A DNA stretch of 64,000 bases from Tubiluchus corallicola (GCA_030141605.1 JAQGDQ010001039.1:1-64000), one strand, 5' to 3'. Counted from the stretch's first letter, positions 20,361 to 33,506 are shown. The notes: a model not told the origin generated them from the sequence alone. Numbers and translations are program-made.

Positions 20361-22871
20361 CTATACATCTTGGGAAGCTGGGCTTTCATAGTCTGTATCT
20401 GATTCTTCCTTTTCATCATCTTCTCCTGTTTGCGATTCTTCTTCTCTCTCCTCCTGTTCGTACGAACCAGATACTGACGTTGAAGATACCACGGCCGTTA
20501 GTTTTTGCATTCTTTGTTGACGAAGTATGGTTAAGCCAGTCAATATAATAATTACGTAGAGAAAAGCCATGGTGACAGCAAGAATTCCAACCGTGTCCAG
20601 TGAAGTCCTCTGGCGAGTATCGCCTCCGGTTTGTAAATAATCTGATGGAAGAATGCAGATTTTGCCACAAGATTCGTAATCACAGCATTTTTCAATTCCA
20701 CCACAGTCATTATCCTTGCTACAAGACTCAGTTAGACATTTGCTTTTATCAACTTTTTCCTTACTGGGACATACTCCTCCCTTAATCAGTATGTTGCAAT
20801 TTTCACCAGAAAATAGTGCGAGACATTTACACCTGTAAATGCTGTCTTCACTAGTGCATGTTCCACTGTACAGACATGGGTATGAAGCGCAAGGGTCAGA
20901 CATGTTGCAGTTGGCCCCTTGGTATCCTTGTGCACATGAACACGTATATGATTCTGTCGCATTTAAATTATTGCATGTTCCACCGTTTTGGCATGGATTT
21001 GAAGAACAGGGAACAAACGTTTCACAATTATCTCCAACATATCCTTCTTCGCAAGAACATGCATACGAGTTGGTCATATTTGTGCATGTTCCACCGTTCT
21101 GGCATGGGTTTGAAGAACAGGGAACAAACGCTTCACAATTATCTCCAACATATCCTTCTTCACAAGAACATGCATACGAGTTGGTCATATTTGTGCATGT
21201 TCCACCGTTCTGGCATGAATTTGACGAACAAGGATCAAATGTCTCACAATTATCATCAACATATCCTTCTTCACAAGAGCATGTGTATTTGTCCTGCACA
21301 TTTGTGCATGATCCACCATTCTGACATGGATTTGAAGAACAGGTGTCAAATGTTTCACAATTACCTCCAACATATCCTTCTTCACAAGAGCACGTGTATG
21401 TGTCCGGCATATTTGTGCATGTTCCACCATTCTGACATGAATTTGAAGAACAGGGGTCAAATGTCTCACAATTATCACCAACATATCCTTCTTCACAAGA
21501 GCATGTGTATTTGTCCTGCATATTTGTGCATGTTCCACCATTCTGACATGAATTTGAAGAACAGGGGTCAAATGTCTCACAATTATCTCCAACATATCCT
21601 TCTTCACAAGAGCAGGTGTATTTGTCCAGCATATTTGTGCATGTTCCACCACTCTGACATGGATTTGACGAACAGGGGTCAAATGTTTCACAATTATCTC
21701 CAACATATCCTTCTTCACAAGAGCATGTGTATTTGTCCTGTAAATTTGTGCACGTTCCACCACTTTGACATGGATTTGAAGAACAGGGGTCAAATGTTTC
21801 GCAATTATATCCAACATATCCTTTTTCACAAGAGCATGTGTATTTGTCCGGCATATTTGTGCATGATCCACCATTCTGACATGGATTTGAAGAACAGGGG
21901 TCAAATGTCTCGCAATTATATCCAACATATCCTTCTTCACAAGAGCAGGTGTATTTGTCCGGCATATTTGTGCACGATCCACCATTCTGACATGGATTTG
22001 AAGAACAGGGGTCAAATGTCTCGCAATTATATCCAACATATCCTTCTTCACAAGAGCAGGTGTATTTGTCTGGCATATTTGCGCATGTTCCGCCATTCTG
22101 ACATGGAGTCGAAGAGCAAGGATCAAATGTGCTGCACAACTCGCCAACATAACCAGCTGGGCAGGTACAATTAAAAGCACTGTAGTAATTATGACATGTT
22201 CCAGAGTTCTGACATGGGATAGAGAAGCAAGGATTTCTTCGGTCGTCACAGACTGGTCCAATCCATTGTATGACGCTTCGGTTGCAGCTGCATTTATAGT
22301 ACGGAAAATCGGTCTCGTATTGATATATGCATTGGGCAATGTTGTCTCCACATTCTGCACAGGACGATGGAGGATGACGGACTTCGATTAGTACCTCAAC
22401 AGCAGGATTTGTTGCTGCTTCATTTCTTTCAAAGGAAACACATAGTGTTGGATAATTAATTGATGTCTTTATTGAAACTTGATACCAGCTTACGTATTTG
22501 TTACAAAAATTACCAGATGCCCTTTTCTTACCTGATGTTAAATTTGCCGAATATATGTATACTGAGTCGTCATTGCCGCATGGAAGGTCCATGTTCCGCA
22601 AACCAAAGAATATCGCTTGCTGGGGGTCAGTGATATCTTTTGTAACACACACTTCTCGTAGGAGCGAGTTGGACCCGTTGTCATTGTACTGCATCGGTTC
22701 AGCTACAATAGATACGTTTTGAGCTGGAAGTTCCTCTCGATAGTTTTGATTTCCACCTTTATATGGATACAATACTTTAAAATTATTTGGATATTTTACA
22801 TTCCAGGGTCTAGTGCTTAAAGTGCTTTTAAAAAGATACAACAAAAATAGCGATACAAACAATTTCTTCAT
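20361..22871 (-). CDS. Intronless CUB-like/EGF/WAP type I membrane protein, paralog 3 (836 aa, 13 EGF repeats)
   Basis: Uninterrupted ORF with the same architecture; 13 canonical EGF units counted; WAP, TM and tail near-identical to paralogs 1 and 2. Confidence 0.9.
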   Translation of the reverse strand: MKKLFVSLFLLYLFKSTLSTRPWNVKYPNNFKVLYPYKGGNQNYREELPAQNVSIVAEPMQYNDNGSNSLLREVCVTKDITDPQQAIFFGLRNMDLPCGNDDSVYIYSANLTSGKKRASGNFCNKYVSWYQVSIKTSINYPTLCVSFERNEAATNPAVEVLIEVRHPPSSCAECGDNIAQCIYQYETDFPYYKCSCNRSVIQWIGPVCDDRRNPCFSIPCQNSGTCHNYYSAFNCTCPAGYVGELCSTFDPCSSTPCQNGGTCANMPDKYTCSCEEGYVGYNCETFDPCSSNPCQNGGSCTNMPDKYTCSCEEGYVGYNCETFDPCSSNPCQNGGSCTNMPDKYTCSCEKGYVGYNCETFDPCSSNPCQSGGTCTNLQDKYTCSCEEGYVGDNCETFDPCSSNPCQSGGTCTNMLDKYTCSCEEGYVGDNCETFDPCSSNSCQNGGTCTNMQDKYTCSCEEGYVGDNCETFDPCSSNSCQNGGTCTNMPDTYTCSCEEGYVGGNCETFDTCSSNPCQNGGSCTNVQDKYTCSCEEGYVDDNCETFDPCSSNSCQNGGTCTNMTNSYACSCEEGYVGDNCEAFVPCSSNPCQNGGTCTNMTNSYACSCEEGYVGDNCETFVPCSSNPCQNGGTCNNLNATESYTCSCAQGYQGANCNMSDPCASYPCLYSGTCTSEDSIYRCKCLALFSGENCNILIKGGVCPSKEKVDKSKCLTESCSKDNDCGGIEKCCDYESCGKICILPSDYLQTGGDTRQRTSLDTVGILAVTMAFLYVIIILTGLTILRQQRMQKLTAVVSSTSVSGSYEQEEREEESQTGEDDEKEESDTDYESPASQDV

Positions 22872-23732
22872 TTTGCTACCATTTAATCTAAATGTACCAT
22901 TTAGAACATCTAATTCTAAATGAATTACATCATTCTTTTAGCTATTCGAAATTGTTAAATTAAAAGATAATAAGTAGCAACAATGAACTTTCCAGTAAAA
23001 AACTCGTTCGAATCGAATTCGAAAGCCCCAAATTCACTATGAAGGTTACGCTATTTCTCCCGTGTACTGCGAGCCCTGATTATCTGACTGTATCTGAAAT
23101 AGATTCTGAAATAGCTTAAATGTGGGTACAAGGGATGTAACCTATAAAGGTAGAATTAGAAATTCTCTTATTGTGAAAGCTCCCCTTGGCCTTGACAATG
23201 CAAGTTCTGAGATTATGTGGTGCGAAATTTCATTGCTGTATATATATGTACAAGCACTGTATAACAAACGTATTTTATGTATGTTATAGAAGCGGTAGAC
23301 TCGTTTCCCTGAAAGGATTTTTCCCAAAAGTATTTTGCCATAAGATTTTTTGCCAGACAAATTTACTTCCCAGAAAAGATTTATGTGACCTCCAATCAAT
23401 TATGCTATTTTAATATAGCTCTATGTAAATTAAACATACACTGTGGTCGTCTCTTCTCCTCTTTTCCTTCTTCCTATCCCTAATCTTACTATTTTTTTCT
23501 AGTCCATCATGTCTACTAACCCTAACAATTCTTTCATTCATTCATTTCTGCCTCCCTAACAAGCCAAGCCTTCAAGATGTCTTACAGCAACTCTTTTATT
23601 TGGTTAATTTGACTTCATCAGCGTTTTTTTTACCTATACTGTTTCTTTTTGTTTCAATAATATTGTATGTTGATGTATCGTATACGTATTGCTGGAGTGA
23701 AATAAATTGATTGATAAGAAATTTTACCTTAA

Positions 23733-23920
23733 CCCTTTCATACCCGTTGTATCCCATGGGATACGAGAATATTTTCTCCCGTGTATCCCGTGGGGTACAG
23801 GCTATATTTAGCACACAGGTAGAAAAAAATAATTATTATGTGTAAACAAGATGGACATACTGTACAAAAGTACCAAGCCAAATTTTTTTCTTATTAAAAA
23901 ATAGTTTGGGACCGAAAGGG
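23733..23920. mobile_element. Internally deleted copy of the piggyBac-like MITE
   Basis: Same termini and TTAA flanks as 3403-3853, at the equivalent position in the duplicate; ~260 bp shorter. Confidence 0.75.
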
Positions 23921-24657
23921 TTAATTCAGCATCCTAATAACTGCTCAGGAATGAAAAAACAAAGGAAAAATGAAAACAGCTTGAGGAAACTGCTTTAACT
24001 ACAGTTACTAAAACTCGTGCATTTATTTTAGCATCCAAAACGCTTTTTCATTTTTAAATGTCTTCAATAACCCAAGCATTAAAGGGCGCCAAATGTAAGC
24101 TAATAGGAAATACTAGATTCACTGGAGATACAAATGTGGGGATAATTCTTAATGTCAATATAAAAAATACAGTTTTTTAAATAATTATTATAATAATAAA
24201 TCTCTATTAAAGAAATGAACATATGTACAAAAAGGTGCCTCTTTTTGCAGGCTCAGATCAACATTTTACATTTTCATATAACAAATATTTTAAATATTTC
24301 CAGCTTCACACTATGTACAATGAATAACTGAAATTAGGTTCAACTTCAAATGATTCACAAGTATTATACACACAAATTAACCGTACACACCTACATAATT
24401 TATTTTTGTATACTCGAGCGGGCCTAAATTAACAATTACTTAGTATAAAATTATCTCTGATCAGGTTAGTGAAAGCCATTAATAAATTTTTATCGATTGA
24501 AGCATAATATTTCGTGTATAATTGGCATCAGCTATTTCTATGAAACGCATTCTTTTTGTATTACCTACTTTATTGCATCTGAATAAGATGTGCTGAGGAG
24601 TTTGCTCTTCTTCTCCACATGGACATTAAGTCCATGCAAAATATGTGTGATACTACA

Positions 24658-25152
24658 GGTTTTACATGTCAAATGTAGACCTGCGTTAACTCAAATGTAG
24701 ATTTAGGTAATTCAAATGTGTCTTAGTAACTCAATGTAGACTTAGGTAGTTCAAATGTGTTAACAATGGCTTTCAAGAAATCTTAAGCGCTTTTGGTAAG
24801 TCAAATGTAGACACATGTCAAGTCAAATGTGACATTTGTATCTCAAATGTGGGATAGGTGTTGAAGTTTAAGGATGTAAAATTTAATCTTCTTTAATTTC
24901 AATTTAATAATTGATCCTAAGTTAAAATAACAACGTTATAGGCCTACAAATAGATGCACTATCTTTGGTTTATCTTTTTCTAATTTGCACTTAAATAACT
25001 TAATTACCGATTTATTTAAAGTAATGCATCTACATTTGACTTACCTAAGTCACATTTGAGTTACCAAAACACATTCGAAATTCCCATGTCTACATTTGAC
25101 TTACCTAAGTCACATTTGAACTCTCCTGTGTCCACATTTGAGGTGTAAAACC
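24658..25152. mobile_element. MITE with GGTTTTACA termini and internal TCAAATGT repeats
   Basis: GGTTTTACATGTCAAATG ... CATTTGAGGTGTAAAACC; same family as 36187-36391; remnant at ~4260-4405. Confidence 0.7.
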
Positions 25153-26805
25153 TATATTGTTATTTAAAGACAAGAATAGAAACACACTGCACAATGGTTA
25201 AGTGAAACATTGTGTTTTTTTTCTTGTTTTTTCACAGCAAGATTTTTATTAATGATCATGGATGTGTTGGCGTAATCTAATCAGCTTCTTGGCACGTTAT
25301 AATAACATCCTTTCTGTTAAACACGCGTCTAGCGAGTAAAAAATCAATCAAGCGTGACCAGTAAGCCAGTTCTAAACACAACAGACAAAATGAACAAAAC
25401 CGAAACAGTAAGAAGCCAGGTAACCCACTACTGTTTACAGGTAAGCCTATAAACACAAACATGCAATTGGCTTCCACAATTACCTGTTTTGTAGGCGTTG
25501 CGAACGTCACATCACTATCATTATTGTCACCTGTTACTTTATTTACCTATACTCCATTAGCCAATAGAAGTGCCTCCATCTGCGACAATACCGATCGCAC
25601 GCTAGCGAGGCTTCCTTAAAAGGTGCCATCGAAAAAAGGGAAGGACGTGTTATCAGTGCTACTGTGAGATTCTGACTGTGAGACGACATTTGTTTGACGA
25701 TTTTCTCGCCCATCGCAAATGATGTGAAAGGGGCTTTAAGTTATATGAGCTATTTCGATTTTGTCGCCATCAGAACGTCTGTTTGTGTGATTGTTGCAAT
25801 ATCAGTTCAGTTCATTTCGCAAAGCTTTTGTATTTAAAGTTCGACTTTTATTTTTAGCGCAAAAAGAATTCATTAGTGAAAGTATCGATTGTCAGTACAA
25901 ACAGCTTTAGCGAGCATAAACATTTACAGGGAAATTCAGACATTGTAAAGAAAATGTGAGTGCTGTATGTACATACGAAATAACCTTTTTCAGTGTTTCG
26001 TTGTGCGCACGCGCAGTTGCTGCAGGTCAAAGGTTAAGTGTACCACAGCAACGCGTCTTAACTACAATCATCACGTGGCATGTGGGCAAAGCAAAACATC
26101 AGTTCAGTAGTTTCGGTTGTCTTACGAGGATTTTACATAATTATGCATTAGTCTGTGTGTAGAATAATTTACTAGCAGAATCTTGCTTGGAATCAAGAAA
26201 ACATTAATAGGTAAGGTTCTAGTAAGCTGTTAAAATTGTTACTATTACAGCAAAGCCCAGTTGAGTAACTTCAGTTTTTTAACGTGGACTTTGCTTAATT
26301 ATGCATTAGTCTGTGTGGGATCTTACTTGGAAAAAAATAAAAATGAACTAGGTAAGGTTCTACAACTAGCATTCGTGCCTTTTCTAATTACTATCACAAT
26401 AGCATTGGCTACGAGGCGTTGTCAAGTGTACACTAATGCGCTGTCTAGTGCACTTAACCTTTGACCTTTTCACGATCATCATCAATCGCTGTGAAAACTC
26501 TTATTGCCGTGTGAGAATTTCTACTTCATTTTGTGGACGAATACAGTTATCGAGTGTTGCGCCGTTCTGCATTTTTTTGCTATTTTATTGATTTTTGGTT
26601 TCATTTTTCGTTAAACAGACTTGCATATACAGAATATCAGCTTAACTCAAAAGTAAGAGTGGCAACACACGCGATACTGATCATCACAAATTAGCAGCGA
26701 TTAATTAACCTGAAAAATATCAGTGTTTGCAGTGATGGGTTTCGAACTCTCGACCTTATAATCTACTATTTACAGCACTGCTAAACTATTTGACCACAGA
26801 TAGTG

Positions 26806-28005
26806 ATGTGTGCAAAGCAAGAATTACTAATCACGAATATGGCAAGAGAAACGACGAATGACAACCACGCGACATCAAACAATTTTCTTACGGCAACGGA
26901 AACGGGTACTACTAGTGAAATGCCCCACGATGTGGTATCGCCAATGTTCACGTTTCCTAAAAATTCACCAATTCGTCCGTATATGGCGGACACCAGTTTA
27001 TTCTGGACTTGGCACTTGTGGCGGAGTCTGGCGGACACTGCGCGCAACAAAGAGTTGCTTTTCCAGAAAACGCGAAGTGCAGATTACGGTGCAAATTCAA
27101 GAAACTATGATGAAGTCAGCAGCGATGGTCAGAACAACAATTTCTCGCTTAAGGACGGCGATTTTTTATCACTCCAATCAGAAAAGGGGTGCAGATCTGC
27201 TGGATTTGTGAACGAAACGAAGCTAGAAAGGTCACGTTCAGGTGAAAGGTCAACGTTTTTAACCCGGAACAATTTAGGGTTGAAAAGAACTTTCGAAAGA
27301 AAAACTATTAATGATATTGGTCGACATCATTGCGTCAGTGACGCTTATGTTAAACAAACACAGAAAAACGCCGATGCGCCTGACTATGACGAAGCTGAAC
27401 AAAGTTGTAACCCTATAGTGGACGAACAAGTAGAATTTAGAACCAAAGGAGATCAATTTTCCACATACAATGAGTGTAGCAGCGGCACGGACGTGGAAAA
27501 GGTCCAGCATTGGCTAAACAACCGCTGTCCAGATGATCCAAGCAATGGAAACTTACAGCACAAGTTAAGCATAAGCAAATCCGGCCACCGTTTATCGGCC
27601 TTCCGACCGTACGTGCCCCCTGTGACGTCACGTCGACGTCATCGGGTAACCAGCAGAGCTAAATCCGTTGTAAACGTTGGTTATATTACACGAAACTTTC
27701 AGAACATCTACCCGTGCTCAACACCCAAGGGAGATACCGAGCGACCCGAACACTCGAATCAAGGTCACAGATGTGTCAGAGATTCTAAGAACGTCTTAAA
27801 GCACAAGAACCACAGCCCGACCAAAAGGTTCGAAAGCGACAAAAAGATGCGTCCGAGAAGCGAACTTGTTAATGGCAAAGTTTCGGCTAAAATCAAGGCG
27901 CTTTTGACGAAGGAGAGAAAGAGGACTCTGCTAACTGTAGTTGGGTATGAGGCAGTGATCAGGTACATCCTAGAGCAAAAGCATTTGTTACGTAGCTTCA
28001 ACTGA
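26806..28005 (+). CDS. Uncharacterised ~399-aa protein, copy 2
   Basis: Paralog of 5893-7062 with an in-frame 10-aa insertion (QNNNFSLKDG). Confidence 0.6.
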   Translation: MCAKQELLITNMARETTNDNHATSNNFLTATETGTTSEMPHDVVSPMFTFPKNSPIRPYMADTSLFWTWHLWRSLADTARNKELLFQKTRSADYGANSRNYDEVSSDGQNNNFSLKDGDFLSLQSEKGCRSAGFVNETKLERSRSGERSTFLTRNNLGLKRTFERKTINDIGRHHCVSDAYVKQTQKNADAPDYDEAEQSCNPIVDEQVEFRTKGDQFSTYNECSSGTDVEKVQHWLNNRCPDDPSNGNLQHKLSISKSGHRLSAFRPYVPPVTSRRRHRVTSRAKSVVNVGYITRNFQNIYPCSTPKGDTERPEHSNQGHRCVRDSKNVLKHKNHSPTKRFESDKKMRPRSELVNGKVSAKIKALLTKERKRTLLTVVGYEAVIRYILEQKHLLRSFN

Positions 28006-28071
28006 TGGATATGAAGAAGGAGAGAAAGAGGACTCTGCTAACTGTAGTTGGGTATGAGGCACATGCTAGAG

Positions 28072-28556
28072 CAGGGGTGTGCCACTTGCGGCCCGCCGAG
28101 AGAATTTGTGCGGCCCGCGAATAGATTTGTCAACCTAATGAAAGTGCGGCCCGGGCGATTAATTGAGTGTATCCAGCTGAAGTCCGTGCCACGATCCCAA
28201 AGATAGTGTGGGTAGTTTTTTCTACTAGATCGGATGCCATTAACCCTTACAAGACAGTTGTAGCTTAATGTCACTGTACTACACAGACTGTGTGATACAC
28301 ATTACTAATATATGCATTGTAATGAAATTACCACTATCTGTCCTGAAAGTAGGAATATATGGTTTGTAATATAAATTATAATAACTTCTAAAATAGTTTC
28401 TTGAGTGTAATAGTAATGATGTGCGCAAATCGGATGCAAAAAAGATCATTATTAGGTCCTACTGTACTTGGCTCCTTGATCAAACTGCCTGTGGCCCGCA
28501 GGAATTGCGGGAAAGTTTAACGTGGCCCGGCTAGTCAGATAATTTGCACACCGCTG
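28072..28556. mobile_element. hAT-like MITE, duplicate copy
   Basis: Near-identical to 7236-7720 at the same insertion site. Confidence 0.8.
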
Positions 28557-29267
28557 TCCTAGAGCAAAAGCGTTTGTTACGTAGGTTCAACTGATGGATC
28601 GTTACTGTCTCTGAGAGGCATTTATGACAAATCTTCAAAAGTCTCAGTTGAATTTCATATAAACCATTGATCTTTATTTCTGCAATATTTAAAAATTAAA
28701 ATATAAAAGCACAAGTGACTGAAATTGGCTAATTTTATGAAAAGTTACTTAGTTTAGATGGATTGACAGTTATTTAGTCCATTCAAAAATATCAATGAAT
28801 AAATCAAAATAAAACTTAATAGAAATAAACTTACATCGTTGTGGCATATATCTAATGAAAAATTTCGCTAGCTTGCACAAGATACTACAGAACAGCACAA
28901 TGAAAACATAACTGGGTCAATGCCCACACTTTAAACTTTCCAGCTAGATGGAGCCACCTTAGCTACAAAATTGAAATTTATTAAGTCAAGTTCACCCTGG
29001 CCTTAATAGATATGTCGAAGTAATCATTCATTCACACTGAACTTACTGACAAACGCCATCCGACTTTCTCTCGTTCTTTCTCTATGTGAATCGTTTATTT
29101 GTTTTATTTTGTAAATAGGGTATCAATAAAAAGTTGGCTTAACAATTTTTCCTATTCTCACCTGTTTCCCGGTGTCTAGCAACAGGATAACTGCAAGACC
29201 TTACCTTAACTCATTCTACCCTACACGTCAAACGCAAAGAGAAAGATACAATTCGTTATCTTTTTAA

Positions 29268-29801
29268 AGGAAAACTGGACGATTGTGTAAACATTAGTTC
29301 AGAATAAAGAATGCTCTAAAATATTGAAAACTACAACAGCTTTTTTAAACCAAAGCTTAGATTAAATAATAATTACCTCGAATACCCCAATATTGTTAAA
29401 CTTTCAAAGCTACGCGCGGCTCAGTGAATCTACTAAGATTGGCAGCGACGCCTGTTTGTCACATTCGCGCGGCCGACAAATAGAAGGTGGTACCGTGATA
29501 ACCATGATCATGTACTAAAGTGTTAGATTTTGACGTCATGTGACGTAGAGCCATTTTCGTGACATTAGGGGTTTAAACAGTAACAGTTACGCAAACGTGC
29601 TTGACGTGCAAGGAAGATGCCTGTCATTGCACAAACTGTGGTTAGTTTCTGACGTAAGCAATAGCTGTGTTCGGTTGCCGTTCATTAACTTTCTAAGCTA
29701 ATTATTCAAATATAAGAAACAATTACTAACTTTTAGAGGAAGAAAATGTGTATTTTGCACCGTAAATTAAAACGAGATCTAAACCATCGTCCGGTCTACC
29801 T
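29268..29801. mobile_element. Kolobok-like non-autonomous DNA transposon
   Basis: TTAA|AGGAAAACTGGA ... TCCGGTCTACCT|TTAA; homologous to 9164-9697. Confidence 0.65.
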
Positions 29802-31257
29802 TTAAGAAACTGCAAAACGTTTCAATGATTATTAGTTGCTTTGAGAAATAAGATTTTGGCAAAAGGTTTGAATTTGAATCATGTAAAAACAATGTGCACA
29901 CTGGGCTACTGTTTATCTAACACACGAGGAAATAAACACAACAGTTAATTCTTGTTGTTGGTGTCAAGCAATTTAATCTAGCATTCTAAAATTATTTGTT
30001 TTTTTCGTATTTTTACAAACATGCATTTCCTGAAAGTGTTTAAAACGAAGCCAGCCTTAGTCATGTGACCTAAGCTTTAGTAGTATACGCCACCTATCAA
30101 TCACAGTTGTTCTTACACGTAGTTAGATTTTCTGTTGCCGCTATGCTGATCATGCCGTTTGGTGATACTTGCATTGCTTTGTCTATTTTGTTACAATTTA
30201 ACAGTCACTAGTTGTATTTTCAAGCCAAAGTTGTCACCAGTAAATGTAAGTCGCCATCTACTTTAATAATTAGTTAATAGTTTAAATTGGTTAGAATTGC
30301 TTCAAAATCTCTAGAATCATAAAGTAATAATTTGTGTTTCAGTCTTCTTAAATCTAACTTTTCATTTTGTCTAAATAGTAATAACCTTTAGCACGTTCTT
30401 AAGCACTTTTTGTGATCTGTTATTTTAATAAATTGCAGGTCTATCGCGCAGTTCAATACTGATTTTTGCCGTTTCTTTGCCTGGACTGGACGCATCCACA
30501 CTTGTAATTCAAAAACTATTACCAGAACAGTCAGCCTTTCTCGTAAAATTACCTGGCATATGGTTTGACTATTGCTGAAGGCAAAGTAAAGCAAAACCGC
30601 AATAGTACATTTAATGAACGGCTAATATCGACTTCCTATTATATCTAAATAAAGTCGTGTGCATTAGGCTTAATTCGAGCACACATACAGTCCATTGTGT
30701 TGTTCACAATAGCTCACGTTTACCGACTGATTTTCAGAAAGCCACAGATAACATTACGTGGCGGTTAATGCATTTTTACCTGTGCGCGGATTCAGAAATT
30801 GCGCAAGCCCCTCGAAATTCCGGCGTGGTCGAGAATTTTTTGGATCATCCATTTGATAATGGGGTTTTCACGCGTTAGATTTTAGGCGAATTTCGATCCG
30901 TTGCAAAGCGAAACGAATTTAATACCGTTTTAGAGAGGCTGCAGTTAGGGATGAGGGAGATACGGAGGAGGCCTGCCTCTTTACATGTTTCTAATGATAA
31001 TCGTAGAAAGGAATTATCTCGAATCACGTGACAACGGGACAAATGTGTCTTCGGGGCTATCGAGTTTCTCTGACGACAAATTACATATGAGTGATTGAAA
31101 GCCAAGAAAACTGAAAGTTTTTGTAGCACGAATAGAAATGAAACAACCATTTATTTTTCTCAAACATATTATTTGTTCTTTCTATTTTTGCACCTGATCC
31201 CCCTTTACTTTTCGTTTAGTCTTTCTTACTTTAGAATAGATACTTCCATCTATTCTT

Positions 31258-31313
31258 TGTGATGATGATGATCATCAACATCATCATCATCATCATCGTC
31301 ATCATCGTCGTCG

Positions 31314-31356
<43 letters not shown>

Positions 31357-31476
31357 GGTGATGGTGATGGTGATGGTGATGATGATGATGATGATGATTA
31401 TAACAATAACAACAATAACAACAACAACAATAACAACAACAAGAACACCAACACCACCACCACCACCAAAACCACC

Positions 31477-31514
<38 letters not shown>

Positions 31515-31650
31515 CAACAGCAACAATAACAACAACGAGAACAACAACAAACAATAACAACAACAACAACAACACCACCACCAACAACAACAACACCAAC
31601 AACAACACCAACACCACCACCACCACCAACGACAACGACAGTAATAATAG
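31258..31650. repeat. Compound trinucleotide microsatellite (GAT/CAT/CGT/CAA/CAC)
   Basis: Direct reading. Confidence 0.95.
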
Positions 31651-32844
31651 GTTTTTGTCCACAGAGAATCTCAATGGTATTTTACAAGTACCACCCCCCC
31701 CCGCAGCAGCAGCAGTGACAGTTAATTCAGATAAATTTGTTGTCTGATAAACCATGAATTATCGTAATATTCAACAAACGCTTCTGCACCTAGACAATTG
31801 CCATTTTTTCCCAAATGCAAAAAGCCATATTTATAGTCGAATGAGATGATGCTAACGTCATTTCTAAACGTGCTATTCTAAAGTGCAATTTTAGTCATTA
31901 AATTACGTTATTTAATACTGTCTCTTTTTTTACTTTAATAAATGCGCGGACCATTACGGAAATATTGTTCACGTGCAATTTTAATGTATTCATGTAAAAA
32001 TGGAATTTATATCTGTCGATTTATGATGGCATGTGTCTGTTTGCCGAAACGTCAGTAGAATGTCATAACAATTCATGGTTTAAAAGCCAATAAATTCTTT
32101 TCCCTGGTTCATTCCCGGGTTTCGGCACCAAGCTCGATGTCGTGACGCTAAAGTTGTCGCTGGGGTGTTTTGGGGAGAGCCAACAACCGACATTGGCAGG
32201 TTTAACAGACTGTTTTTGTAGTTGCGATGTTAAACAGATGAAATCACTGGATGAAAACATGGTTTAACTTTGCGATCTGTATTTTACTCAAAATCATAGT
32301 CTCATAGTCAATCCACATATACACGAAAATGGTAAACATAATCAACAGTAGTAAACAAAAGTTAAAGTAAATCCATCTGCCAATATATCATGGCACCTGA
32401 GTCAAAACGTTATTATAACCACACTACTGTTTACGCCTATTGCCTGTCCTCTAATCTTGCTACCAAGTGTAAAAAACTACTACATTCACATAGAAGCCCA
32501 GTAACCCAGTTCCATACAAACATGTAGCAGTAGCAAGTACATACATATATTGGAAACTTCCAAGTGTACAAACAGATGTCAGCACTGACTTGGTGGTAAT
32601 AAAAAACTAAAGTTTAAAACTACAAATCAAAATTAATAATAAACTGTAAATTAAATGCTCGCATCTGCGATAGTGGCCAGGACACGATCTCATGGGACCC
32701 CTGGGCTAATGAAGTTATGGGCCCCTCAGACGGTGCCACCCTTTAACCAACACCCGTCTTGAATACCTTTTTACTCTTGATATATTTAATTTTATTTTTA
32801 CATATATACATGTAATAAAAACATTACATTACAACAACAAATGC

Positions 32845-33180
32845 TTGGCATCCTTCTGTCTTGGAAGACAATGGAGTGTGCGCCAAGAGAGTCAGTTATT
32901 GATCACATTGATGGAGCTGCAGCGTCGACTGTGGCTGAGCAGTGCGATCCTTGAACGTCTCCAGGGTGCACGCCTGTGCAAGGTGTATGGAGATCCTGAG
33001 TTGCCCAGACAATAGGAACCCCCTGTCTTCCTCGCTGGTGTAGTCCAAAGGAAAGCGGAGTGATACGTTTGGCACCAGGTTGGCTGCAGGAGCTGCCGGA
33101 GTCAGTGAGCATGCTGCACTGGTCCGCCTTCGGGGCTCCACTCCTGATTTGAAAGGTTTACTCCTGGCCGTTGGGTCACT

Positions 33181-33183
<3 letters not shown>
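32845..33183 (-). mobile_element. 5'-truncated copy of the 5S-derived SINE
   Basis: Matches the body and 3' end of 49389-49951; no 5S head. Confidence 0.85.

Positions 33184-33506
<323 letters not shown>

Larger units (their letters stand above)
19799..29621. repeat. Segmental duplication unit A'
   Basis: Collinear with 262-8786. Carries extra segments ~24327-24973 and ~25122-25505 that are absent from unit A. Confidence 0.9.

Noticed and set aside
20858-22360. Long antisense and alternative-frame ORFs over the EGF arrays (also 1329-2048 and 10456-11347)
   Set aside because: By-products of a 111-bp in-frame repeat that lacks stops in other frames.
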